A DNA stretch of 63,922 nt, the filler included, from Octopus bimaculoides (lineage: Eukaryota), in NCBI RefSeq assembly GCF_001194135.2. It is 7 parts of 7 records of this genome, joined end to end, with 100 filler letters (N's around TTAATTAATTAA, not from the genome) between each part and the next. Parts side by side here need not be neighbours in the genome. Positions count along the whole stretch, not along the records: positions 17,079 to 44,372 come from NC_068989.1; positions 44,473 to 48,038 come from NC_069004.1; positions 48,139 to 55,607 come from NC_068998.1; 4 more parts are not named here. One strand, written 5' to 3'. The translations under genes and the position numbers were made by a program. Shown here one piece after another: positions 36,938 to 49,028 of this stretch. Positions within the stretch are counted from its first letter, which is position 1. The number at the start of each line of letters is the position of its first letter. The notes beneath the pieces are model-generated. The model did not search any database. It saw only the letters and a list, made by a program, of their open reading frames with translations, and was not told the DNA's origin.

Positions 36938-38332
36938 GAAATATAATGATAGAAATTGGAGGTTGCCGCTTAATAATTGCTAAGTCAGCTGAATTGCGTG
37001 ATAAATGCCAACATTACGTAAGTTATTGACTAACAAATGTCAACAGTGAACAATACAAGCTACCAAATATCTTCGTCCTACCTACCCTACCTGCCAACCA
37101 AAATACAAAATAATGATGAGGAGATGGAGGAAGATGCTAACGAGCTGGAGAAGCGGTGGCGTCGGCAGAGGAGAAGAAGGGAGAGGGAGGTTAAGGGAGG
37201 AGGAGGTGCAGCAAAAGGTGCAGTAGCAGGAGGAGGAGCAGAAGCAGGAGTGAGCGGAGGAAAAAGCGGAATTACATCAGCAGTTGGAAGATTCGGTAAA
37301 GCTGCCGGACAAAATGCCTTATGCTTTTTAATGTTGGCAAATTCATTTATTTGGTTCGCGCGTTCAATTCCAGCAGTGTTTCGAGCAATTCGAACTTAGT
37401 ACCTATTTTTTAAATCTGGTATTTATGCAATCAGACACTTTTGCCAAAGCACTCGGTTCCGGGGACGTAATCAAATCAACATCGATTGTGTCAAGTGGTA
37501 TGGGGAACAAACACAATGACGCACATACATATATACATATATATGTATATACGACAGACTTCTGCACAGTTTCCATCTACCAAATTCGCTCTCAAGGTAT
37601 TGGTCAGCCCCGGGCTATAGTAAAAGATATTTGTCCAAGATACCGCGCCATGAGAGTGAATCCGATACCACGTAGTTTCAATGCGAGAATTTTAACCACA
37701 CAGACATGCCTAGACCTAAATTAACGCCGTTCCCATGCTTGGAATCGCATCCGGTCTTCCTGGCTATGAGGCATGCATCCTAACCAATATATAAATATAT
37801 ATNNNNNNNNNNNNNNNNNNNNNNNNNNNNNNNNNNNNNNNNNNNNNNNNNNNNNNNNNNNNNNNNNNNNNNNNNNNNNNNNNNNNNNNNNNNNNNNNNN
37901 NNNNNNNNNNNNNNNNNNNNNNNNNNNNNNNNNNNNNNNNNNNNNNNNNNNNNNNNNNNNNNNNNNNNNNNNNNNNNNNNNNNNNNNNNNNNNNNNNNNN
38001 NNNNNNNNNNNNNNNNNNNNNNNNNNNNNNNNNNNNNNNNNNNNNNNNNNNNNNNNNNNNNNNNNNNNNNNNNNNNNNNNNNNNNNNNNNNNNNNNNNNN
38101 NNNNNNNNNNNNNNNNNNNNNNNNNNNNNNNNNNNNNNNNNNNNNNNNNNNNNNNNNNNNNNNNNNNNNNNNNNNNNNNNNNNNNNNNNNNNNNNNNNNN
38201 NNNNNNNNNNNNNNNNNNNNNNNNNNNNNNNNNNNNNNNNNNNNNNNNNNNNNNNNNNNNNNNNNNNNNNNNNNNNNNNNNNNNNNNNNNNNNNNNNNNN
38301 NNNNNNNNNNNNNNNNNNNNNNNNNNNNNNNN

Positions 38333-39057
38333 GTTCGTCGATTTTTGCGATGGCTGAAACGAAGGAACAGCGTGCTTCTGGAAAATTCTGTTTTCTGCTA
38401 GGGAAAACGGCAGCCGAACCAGTTGTCATACTTCAAACAGTTTACAGGAACACTGCCAAAAGCAAAACACAAGTTTAAGAATAGTTTTTCACGCTTTAGG
38501 AATGGTCATTTGTTGCTTGAAGAACATCCTCATTCAGGACGACTGTCGACCTCCCGAACGAATGAAAACATCATGAAAATTCATGAATTGATCTTGGAGG
38601 ACCGTCACCGAACAATTGACGAACTTGTTAATATGACCGGTGTGTCCTGGAGCTCCTGCCGGTAAATTTTAAGCGAGGAATCGCAAATGAAAAGAGTTAC
38701 AGCAAAATTTGTGCCTCGCTTTTTCACGGGAAATCAAAAGCGGTCACGACTGAATGAAAGAACTGAAAGAACAGTTGGGAGTTGATTCGGACCTTTTTCC
38801 GAAGGTCATCACTAGTGACGAAAGCTATTGCTACGGATTTTGCAGATGTGGAAGAGGTGAAGAAAAAAAACGACAGAGGCGTTAAAAGGCATCACTTCGC
38901 AAGAGTTCCAGGACTGTTTCGAATAGTGTTAAACCCGCTTGAACTGATGCATTGCTTCAAATGGAGAATACTTTAAAGACGATAGAAGTGTAAACATGTA
39001 AAACTAAGTGACTAAAATGATACTGCAAAATTCCGGTTTCTTTTGGGTACCCCCTCG
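38333..39057 (+). mobile_element. Internally deleted mariner (family A) with right TIR and TA
   Basis: MAETKEQRASGKFCFLLGKT...AKFVPR...KVITSDES is joined to the C-terminus. Ends AAAATTCCGGTTTCTTTTGGGTACCCCCTCG|TA. The 5' end lies in a gap. Confidence 0.92.
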
Positions 39058-39062
39058 TACGT

Positions 39063-39095
<33 letters not shown>

Positions 39096-39138
39096 TGTAT
39101 GTATGTATGTATGTATGTATGTATGTATGTATGTAGCA

Positions 39139-39560
39139 TTTCTAACACCCTAGTCACATTTTGCGACAATTATAGTTTTACTTTTTGGCAAAACATTGCA
39201 AACTGCTGTCTATATTAATCTCCTTTATACACATTAGCGATTCGCTAAATCATCCATAGATTTCTATGATGAAAACATATATACCGATAGAGAATTAAGT
39301 CTGGAATATGCCCAAGTTGAACCAGAAATTGCCGAAATTGAGTGATCAGCATAAGGAATTCTCGAACGGTGTTTTTGGGCGATTACAATCCCTGTCAGTT
39401 TATATTTATACAATTATGTGCTTTGACTACAACATTAGAGCACTTTAGCTTTTATTTCTAGCAATGTAGTTGTTTCTAACACCCTTGTCAAATTTAAGGG
39501 CAATTATAGTTTTCCTTTTTGGTAAAACCTTGCAAACTGCTGTCTATATTAATTTCCTAT

Positions 39561-39564
<4 letters not shown>
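39139..39564. repeat. Pair of ~93-bp direct repeats 334 bp apart
   Basis: 39139-39232 and 39473-39564 share TTTCTAACACCCT.GTCA.ATTT...CAATTATAGTTTT.CTTTTTGG.AAAAC.TTGCAAACTGCTGTCTATATTAAT. Confidence 0.85.
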
Positions 39565-39607
<43 letters not shown>

Positions 39608-39613
39608 CGAGGG

Positions 39614-40060
39614 TGATGGTGAGGGCATGCTTGACACTTTGACCCATTACTTAGGGCTTATCGAGGCTAAATTCCTGATAGGCCTTTGAAAGTTTGTCCA
39701 CGAGGTGCTGCATTTGTTCTTCAGAGTGCACTGTCAGAGGGATATGAAGTGGTTTGATTTGGACGTCTTGAGTTGGGAGAAGGCTGCAAATGATCGCCCA
39801 CTCTGGAGGCAAATACTGCAAAAGAGAATGAAGACAGCAGAAGAATAACAGGAACTTGCTACCAAAAAAAAAGCACCCGATGGAAGGATAAATCCTAAGA
39901 GCCAGCAGAGAGCTCCTTCAAATGCAGTTGCTGTATGCGTGACTGCCACTCCCGTGTGGGTATGTACAGCCACAACAGACGCTGCACCTCCATCAGCAGC
40001 TGACACGATTTCTATGGGCGCAGATCCATGGCCCCTCGTGACCGACGGATGCCTACTATT
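39614..40060 (+). mobile_element. 5'-truncated RTE LINE with 11-bp TSD
   Basis: DMKWFDLDVLSWEKAANDRPLWRQ...FKCSCCMRDCHSRVGMYSHNRRC, followed by an RTE-type tail CCATGGCCCCTCGTGACCGACGGATGCC. TSD ATATACGAGGG (39603-39613) / ATACACGAGGG (40061-40071). Confidence 0.88.
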
Positions 40061-40065
40061 ATACA

Positions 40066-41419
40066 CGAGGGATATTCATTAAAGATCTCCCCTGGCCCAC
40101 TTCCCAAAGAATGGGATAAACGAATCTTGGCATAATTATTAGTCCTTCTCTACACAGCCATCATCAATGGTGAGACACTTCTGCCATCGCTTTATGCACC
40201 TGTGAAGACCTCGTATGCAGAAGTCGGTAGGTTGCGTCTGGAGCCAAAACTTTACTCCAGAAATAAGTTCATCATCATCCGAAGAGTGCTTTCCCCTTCA
40301 AAAAAGACTTCATGGTTGGAAAGAGATGGAAGTCACATGGTGCGAGGTAGGGAGAGTAAGGGGGATGAGGAAGGATTTCATAACTGCAGGAATGTGCATT
40401 CATCTCGGCAACATGCGCATACATACTGACCAAAAGCGGACTCCTTTGGTCAGTATGCCACGCCTCACTGCTTTGAGGACGTCCCACAATTTCTGTAGGA
40501 GAGAAGCATAATATGTCCCATTAATCGTTGTGCTTTTGCTAGAAGATCCATCATCACTACTTCGTGATGATCCCAAAAGACTGAGCATCGCCTTGCCATC
40601 TAAGGTTTGGACACGAGCCTTCTTTGGATATGGTGAGTTATCATGCTTCCATTGCTTCGACTGGAGTTTTGTCTCAGGATCATAGTGATGGACCCATGTT
40701 TCATCCTGTGTGATAAGTCTGCCGAAAAAGTTCTCGTTTTCTTGGCACATTGCCAAAAGAGCCTGGGAGCAATTGACTCGTTCTTGCTTCTGAAAAGGTG
40801 TGAGCATCCGAGGATCCATCGTGCAGCCGAACCAGTTGTCATACTTCAAACAGCTTACAGGAACACTGCAAAAAGCAAAACATAAGTTTAAGAGTAGTTT
40901 TCATGCTTTAGGAATGGTCATTTGTTGCTTGAAGACATGTGCAAATGGTCATGAATGACTTTTTCCACGGACTCTACACTTATCTTCACTTCCTGCGCTA
41001 GTTGCCGAATAGTAATACGGCTATCCTCCAAAATGACGGCTTCCACTTTATGGATGGTGTCGTTATCAACGGCGGAATGTGGTCGTCCAGCAATAGGAGC
41101 AGTTTCCACCGATGTCCAACCACATTTGAACGGACGATGCCAGTACCTGACTACGTCTTATGACGGTGCATCATCACCACAAACTTCTGTCATTTCATCA
41201 AAAATCTCTTTTTGTGCACGAGTATAAGAACGTGATCACTGATCTGCATTCAACTGCCTCCATTATAATACCTTAGTTCACTTCAGCATCCGTGATAGAC
41301 AAACGTGACAATGTGACATGTAGAGCCATGTAGAGACGTATGATTATACCTGTACAAGTTCCGTTTCCTGCAATAACCCGGGTGGTGGATCAGGGGAAAT
41401 ATTTAATCAACACTCCTTG
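40066..41419 (-). mobile_element. Near full-length decayed mariner (family B)
   Basis: ~40-bp imperfect TIRs at both ends. Transposase motifs: GRP, ITIRQLA, ARWI(P), ITQDETWVHHYDPE, TING.YYA.LL, HPPYSPYLAPCDFHLF. Multiple frameshifts and an internal foreign insert at 40829-40935. Confidence 0.95.
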
Positions 41420-41425
41420 TGTGTG

Positions 41426-41469
<44 letters not shown>

Positions 41470-41829
41470 NNNNNNNNNNNNNNNNNNNNNNNNNNNNNNN
41501 NNNNNNNNNNNNNNNNNNNNNNNNNNNNNNNNNNNNNNNNNNNNNNNNNNNNNNNNNNNNNNNNNNNNNNNNNNNNNNNNNNNNNNNNNNNNNNNNNNNN
41601 NNNNNNNNNNNNNNNNNNNNNNNNNNNNNNNNNNNNNNNNNNNNNNNNNNNNNNNNNNNNNNNNNNNNNNNNNNNNNNNNNNNNNNNNNNNNNNNNNNNN
41701 NNNNNNNNNNNNNNNNNNNNNNNNNNNNNNNNNNNNNNNNNNNNNNNNNNNNNNNNNNNNNGTCTCCATTTTGGAAGAGAATGTGCGCGCGCATGTGAGT
41801 GAGTGAGTGAGTATGTGTGTGCGTGCGTT

Positions 41830-41888
<59 letters not shown>

Positions 41889-42891
41889 GAATTTGTATGA
41901 AGGTATGTGGATGTAAGTATCCACGACAGGCTTTCACGCGGTCTCCGCCTTGGAAATTCTTTCACAAAGCATTGGTCGGTTCAAGTCTATAGCAGGAAAC
42001 ATTTGCCCAAGGGGCTGAGATGCGACATTGAAGTCGAAACCACTTGGTTTGCGACTCGAAGTTTTTAACCACTTTTTAGCTATGCCTGCGACTCGTTAGT
42101 ATCGAATAATTCATGCTTATATATATGTATTTGCTTACTCTTAGAATTATAGGAAGACAATTTGCTGCAAATAATTACCTCTCTTAGAACTAGTTATGAT
42201 GTCACGCTCTTTCACTATGAATCATTATTCACGCACAAGCAGAATCGAAAACAAAACAAAACAAAATAGAAAAGAGAGCACATTAGGTGTATTAATATCT
42301 TACATGATGTCAACGAATTTACTGACAAGTATTAAACTAAGAAATTGTAAGTCCTGTCCTTCACAGCTTTGCTTCCTACTTTCAATCCGCAATCCTGTGT
42401 TCCCCGTTGATTAAGATGTGGCTGAAAGAGCGTTTGTTTGGCTTTTCATTCATTTCTTTCTTTTAGTTTCTTCTTTCTTTTCCTTTATATACATTTTTTT
42501 TTCTTGTTTGCTCCAGCACTCAGTTCAGAATAGGTTGTACCATGTTATAAACTGTTTCTAATAATGATATATCGATCGTTTGTCTGATATTGGAGTTTTA
42601 ATTAAAGCCCCCATCGCAACTATGGGTAGCGTTCTGGTTCATTTCCTGCGTCTGACACGTTCCGTATATCTGATCTGATAGTGGCTGGGTGTTGTAGCTT
42701 AGTCACCTTTGTATTTGTGTATCTTGAAGGACAAACAACCATCTTTGCCGTATGCATAAGCGCGATATTAAATATACCAGCTTTTGTAAACAACCGAACA
42801 GTAATATATGCATGCATACGTATACATACATACATGCATACATACATACATATATACATGAGTGCATATATATATGCAGGCATATGAATAT

Positions 42892-42954
<63 letters not shown>

Positions 42955-43276
42955 TATATTACATACACATACATATATATACGTATATATTTATATATAT
43001 ACATATATATATATACATATTTACGCACGCATATACATACATATATATATAAATACATACATACATGCATGTATGCATACATACATACATACATACATAC
43101 ATGCATACATACATACATACATACATACATACACACATACATATATACATACATACATACATCGTATGGATTTCTTCATATAAATGAAATCGATGCGATG
43201 TAAATAAAACACATCTTGCTTCCGTTATGCAGTTTCTTAATTTATTCTTGATAATAAAAGTTGCTAGAAAGTGCTG

Positions 43277-43715
43277 AGCTGTCAAGATCTTATCGCATTG
43301 GACAAAATGTTATGTAATATTTCTTTCACTTTTACGTTCTGAGTTCAAATTCCACCGAGGCCGACTTTGCCTATTATCCTTTCGGGTCGATGAAATAAGT
43401 ACCAATCGACTAGCCCCTTCACCCAAATTTCAGGCCGTCTTCCTTTAGTAGAAAAGATTGATGTTGTCACTGTTGTCGTCACCTGCGGCGGCAGCGGCTC
43501 GGCGGCAGCGGCTCGGCGGCAGCGGCTCGGTGGCGGGAAAGAGGATTAACAGCATTTCGTCTGTCTTCACGTTCTGAGTTCATATTCCGCTGAGGTCCAT
43601 TTTGCCTTTCATTCTTTCTGAGATAAATAGCAGTTGAGGATTGGGGTCGATGTAATCGACTTAACCCTTTTTCCCAAAATTACTAGTCTTGTGCCAAAAT
43701 TTGAAACCCTTACTA
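43277..43715 (+). mobile_element. Two tandem SINE-B copies separated by a GC-rich 14-bp repeat
   Basis: Cores at ~43340-43400 and ~43570-43630. (CGGCGGCAGCGGCT) x3.5 at 43486-43537. Confidence 0.85.
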
Positions 43716-44156
43716 TCATCATCATCATAATTTGCTGTTATTATTATTATTATTAACCACCAAGACCCTAACCCTCACTTAAATGTTGTTCTCAGCATTT
43801 TTATGTAAATTGGAGGACAGCACTAATGGAGTAGGGCTTGTACCCTTGGTACTCAGGGTAACCCTGGACTTTCAGGGTTCCTTGACTGGTCCTAATTGGA
43901 GGTTCTCCAGTATCATCCATGTTTTTATATATTATTATATACCATGTATACTTCTATCCCATTTCGCCACCTCGCCTTTTTTCTTCGTCTTTCTTCTACA
44001 CAAATAGTATACTGTCCGTGTAATGTCCAGCCATCTGATGCCCTTGTAACATATAAAAGATAACAGCAGCATCCTCATCCTCATTATTATGATTGCTGTT
44101 GTTGTTGTTGTTATTGTTATTGTTATTATTATTATTATTATTATTGTTGTTGTTGT

Positions 44157-44372
44157 TCAGTAGTTTTATTTTTATAACGTGCTTTCACTTCACTACCGAG
44201 CGCAGCTCTGTGCGCCTTGGGTATGCTGTGGTGCTCTTATGTTTACTGTATTGAAAGTGTTTTGCGTAGAATGTGTGCAGTACCCAGTAGTGCAATTTTC
44301 TGTATGTTATATATATTTGTAAGTCCTGGTAATTTTGTTATGTATTTGTCTGAATATTTTTTTATTATACCT
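44157..44372 (-). mobile_element. R4/Dong 3' end abutting a (CAA)n/(TAA)n tract
   Basis: GIIKKYSDKYITKLPGLTNIYNIQKIALLGTAHILRKTLSIQ* followed by a short 3' UTR and the microsatellite at 44098-44156. Confidence 0.88.
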
Positions 44373-44475
44373 NNNNNNNNNNNNNNNNNNNNNNNNNNNN
44401 NNNNNNNNNNNNNNNNTTAATTAATTAANNNNNNNNNNNNNNNNNNNNNNNNNNNNNNNNNNNNNNNNNNNNTGG

Positions 44476-44791
44476 ATGGTGGTCATAGCGTCGTCGTTTT
44501 CAGCATCATCATCATCATCATCATCATCATCGTCGTCGTCGTCGTCGTCATCATCGTCATCGACATCATCATCGCCGTCGTCACAGTCTTTTTCATCTTC
44601 TTTTTCTGCTGCTACTACTACTACTACTACTACTACTACTCCTACTACTACTACTACTATTCCTTTTTCTTGTTATTCTTCACTTTTCTTGCACTTCCTG
44701 CTCTTCTTCCTCTTCTACTACTACTACCACTATTACTTTTTCTCTCTCTTCTACTTCTTCTTCCTTCTCTTCTAGTATTACCTCAACTACG

Positions 44792-44825
<34 letters not shown>

Positions 44826-44884
44826 CTTATTGCCTCCTCCTCCTCCTCCTCCTCATTCTTCTCCTTATTCTTTTACTCTTACAC

Positions 44885-44951
<67 letters not shown>

Positions 44952-44970
44952 CATCATCATCATCATCATC
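44476..44970. repeat. Compound trinucleotide microsatellite block (CAT/CGT/CTA/CTT/ATT)
   Basis: Direct inspection. Confidence 0.95.
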
Positions 44971-45285
44971 AAGGCAGCGAGCTGGCAGAATTCTTTTGCG
45001 CGCCGGACGAAATGCTTAGCGGCATTTTGCCCGTCGCTATATTCTGAGTTCAAATTCCGCCGAAGTCGACTTTGTCTTNNNNNNNNNNNNNNNNNNNNNN
45101 NNNNNNNNNNNNNNNNNNNNNNNNNNNNNNNNNNNNNNNNNNNNNNNNNNNNNNNNNNNNNNNNNNNNNNNNNNNNNNNNNNNNNNNNNNNNNNNNNNNN
45201 NNNNNNNNNNNNNNNNNNNAATTAGGTATCAGTTACGACTGGCCCCCTCTCGCAAATTTCAGGCCTTGTGCCTATACTAGAAAAG
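44971..45285 (+). mobile_element. SINE family B split by a gap
   Basis: Head AAGGCAGCGAGCTGGCAGAA before the gap; tail AAATTTCAGGCCTTGTGCCTATACTAGAAAAG after it. Confidence 0.85.
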
Positions 45286-45298
45286 ATTATTATTATTA

Positions 45299-45380
<82 letters not shown>

Positions 45381-45841
45381 CCCTTCTTTTCTTATTCTAC
45401 CTCTTCTTGCATTTCTCTTTCAATTTCTCCTTGTTCTTTCATCATCATCTTCTTCTCCTCCTCTTCTTCTCATTATCTACCTTCTTCTCCCCTTCCTCTT
45501 CTACGTTCCACAACTCCTCCCTTCTCCCTCCTTAACGCCCTCTTCTAAGTGTTTTTAAGCCGATTCTTATACAAACAGATCAAAATGGCGACCGCCTTAC
45601 TGCTAATCACATATTACAGTCAGATAATGTCCGTCAATACACGAAAACCAGATTCCATTTTATTGGTTTTCCATTTGTTATAACTTAAATTATTTCTGTC
45701 ATTGGACTGCGGCCATGCTGGAGTATCGTCTTGCAAGATTTAACTGAACAAATCGCCACCAGTATTTCTAAAACTAATAATTAATCTATCAGTTTCTTCA
45801 GGCTAACTGCTACGTTAATGGTGAGCAAACAGTACCACACG

Positions 45842-45881
<40 letters not shown>

Positions 45882-46418
45882 TGCAGAGGATTCAAGGCCG
45901 TCCTAAAGCCTGCGGACACTGGAGAGTTGTCCAGGAGCTTCACAGGTCTAGGGATCCAATTCTGACTTGCTGTGGCTTGCTTTCAATAAAGACGCTCCAT
46001 GAGTCAAGGAGTTCAGGGGCTTGCTATCAATAAATAAATATCATAGGGCTCAGGGCATTAATTTTATCAGGGGCCTGTCATGCTGCTAAGATCATCCTGG
46101 TTGTTGTACTTTTGCCAAGAAGGGTCCTCGTTGATAATGTGGGAGGGAGGTAGTAAGGGACATCAATTTGAGTGACTAAGAGAGTTTGTCGTGTGTTTCT
46201 CGTGGTTATAGGGTTTGTTAGACGATGTTATTTTCTAGCTATGAATGACGCCCGCGCGCGCGCGTTTGTGTGTGTATGTGAGTGTTTGTACACACACAAA
46301 CACAAACACACACACACATATATATATATATGTATATATATACATACATACATGTGTGTACGTGTGTTTATATGCATATATATGTACATATATGTATACA
46401 TATACATATAAACACACC

Positions 46419-46458
<40 letters not shown>

Positions 46459-46539
46459 CATCATATAAACGTAAATACATACAAACATATCCGCATATAC
46501 ACATGTACATAGTATGTACGTATATACACACACACACAC

Positions 46540-46571
<32 letters not shown>

Positions 46572-46871
46572 NNNNNNNNNNNNNNNNNNNNNNNNNNNNN
46601 NNNNNNNNNNNNNNNNNNNNNNNNNNNNNNNNNNNNNNNNNNNNNNNNNNNNNNNNNNNNNNNNNNNNNNNNNNNNNNNNNNNNNNNNNNNNNNNNNNNN
46701 NNNNNNNNNNNNNNNNNNNNNNNNNNNNNNNNNNNNNNNNNNNNNNNNNNNNNNNNNNNNNNNNNNNATATATATGCAGTATCGATTTCCTTCTCAACAT
46801 CGGAAGAACAAAATCTGTATGTGAACTAGGCTATTTGGCTCCTTCGTTTAATACACATACATATGTATATA

Positions 46872-46904
<33 letters not shown>

Positions 46905-47344
46905 GCACATTATCCTTGTTGTTGTTGTTGTTAATGACTATATATAAACATACCTTTGATTCTAAAATATGCATTCCCAAATCGTGTTTTCTGGAACCAC
47001 AGACTCTGCTAAGATTGACAATTCTATCAAATATATATTCTTCTGCATATTTTGTTGTCTTTGAAAAAATAAATTTTTTAAACAAAATATATTTTTACAA
47101 GAAATATTATTATTTAAATAACATTTCCATGTAGTTGGAAATCTTAGCAATGATGAAACTATAAATAGCTTTAAAAATATTTTTAATATCAGTAAAAATT
47201 GTCTTTTGAGGGAAATGACAGTACTAGGAAATAGTGTGGCACATCACGCACGCATACACACTTACACGCGCGTACACACATGTATGTACCAACACACATA
47301 TACCATACACACATGTAGAGACTCACACGCAAGCACATATGTAA

Positions 47345-47636
47345 CTGGCACTCCGTCGGTTACGACAACGAGAGTTACGGTTGATCCGACCAACGGAACA
47401 TCCGACCACAGACACGCATAGCCTTTGAGGTAGTTCTCAGGAAGATTCAGCGTGGCACAGAGTGTGGCAAAGCTGGCCCCTTTGAAATACGGGTACTACT
47501 CGTTTTTGCCAGCTGAGTGGACTGGAGCAACGTGAAATAAAGTGTCTTGCTCAAGGACACAACGCGTCACCGGGAATTGAACTCATGACCTTATTATGAT
47601 CGTGAGCCGAATATCCATGACCTCTAAGTCACGCGC
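47345..47636 (-). mobile_element. SINE family D with an internal deletion
   Basis: Reverse complement of the 1707-2087 body. CORE-like TTGTGTCCTTGAGCAAGACACTTTATTTCAC and B box GAGTTCAATTCCC. Confidence 0.88.
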
Positions 47637-47689
47637 TTTCACACATAGATATATATATACACACAAAAAGAGACACGTGACGACGACTA

Positions 47690-47707
47690 CGATGATAACG
47701 TCGGTGG

Positions 47708-47764
<57 letters not shown>

Positions 47765-47996
47765 CGATGATGACGATGACGATGACGATGATGATGATGA
47801 TGATGATGATGAGGATGATGACGATGACGATGATGATGACGATGATGATGATGATGATGATGATGAGGATGATGACGATGATGACAATGACGATGACGAT
47901 GACCATGATGATGATGATGAGGATGATGACGATGATGACAATGACGATGACGATGACGATGATGATGATGATGATGATGATGATGAGGATGATGAC

Positions 47997-48030
<34 letters not shown>

Positions 48031-48038
48031 GTGGTGAC
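47690..48038. repeat. (GAT/GAC)n microsatellite with internal higher-order duplications
   Basis: GATGAGGATGATGACGATGATGACAATGACGATGAC occurs twice. Confidence 0.95.
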
Positions 48039-48194
48039 NNNNNNNNNNNNNNNNNNNNNNNNNNNNNNNNNNNNNNNNNNNNTTAATTAATTAANNNNNN
48101 NNNNNNNNNNNNNNNNNNNNNNNNNNNNNNNNNNNNNNATATATATATATATATATGCATGTATGTATGTGTATGTATATGTTAGTCTGTGTGT

Positions 48195-48400
48195 CTGTGT
48201 CTGTCGTCAGGCCATCGCTTGACAACCAATGTTGATGTGCTTATACCCCGTGAATGGTTCGGCAAAAGAAACAGATAGAATAAGTAAAAAGCTTACAAAG
48301 AATAAGTCCTGGCGTCGATTTGTTCGACTAAAAAACCATTTCAAGCGGTGCTCCAGTATGACTACATTCAAAGGACTAAACCAAGTGAAAGAATAAAAGA
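48195..48400 (+). mobile_element. SINE family A 3' half
   Basis: ATCGCTTGACAACC...GATAGAATAAGTA...GCTTACAAAGAATAAGTCCTGG. Confidence 0.85.
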
Positions 48401-48978
48401 ATACACACACACACACATCCACATATAAATGCACACACACGTCCATGTACATATATATATTTGCAGAAATATATATATATTTGCATGTTGTATACTTCCG
48501 CGCATACGCACGTCATCACCGTGTGCGTATCAGCGTGCAGAAAATAACGAAAAGGTATGATAACACATCAAACTATGATGACATCGGGAATCAATAATTC
48601 CTGTTAATAGGAAACTTCACTGCTTCTTCGATAAACACCATTTTTGATTACGATAAGAATTCTCATTGTTTTCGATCACATTTCTATTTTGCATTTATTT
48701 GTATTTTTTTTCTTTCATTTTATTCTCCTTCATTTTGTGTTTTATCTTAACATGTTTTCTCTTACTTTTGTTGTTTGAAAATTTTTTAATGCTATTCGTT
48801 CAGTTTTTATTTGTATTCTTGGTGATGTTGTTTATGTTTGGAATTTTTGCTCTTCCAATGTTGTGTATTTGAGAAGTCTGTATGCGTACCTTTGTATATA
48901 TATATATAAACCTGGCTCTATATTTGTATGTTTCTTTCAGTCTATACTTGTTTGCGATGTATGCGCCTATGAATAAGC

Positions 48979-49028
<50 letters not shown>

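Noticed and set aside
37037-37399. 120-aa ORF with acidic and Gly/Ala-rich stretches
   Set aside because: Built from GGA/GCA low-complexity repeats followed by a degraded SINE-B head.
42708-42781. Minus-strand exon candidate (AAAAG|...AAG|GTGACT)
   Set aside because: Weak polypyrimidine tract, two frames open, and no recognisable peptide.
48505-48545. ETS- and CRE-like motifs within an 8-bp inverted repeat (ATACGCAC...GTGCGTAT)
   Set aside because: Short motifs expected by chance, with no adjacent exon evidence.
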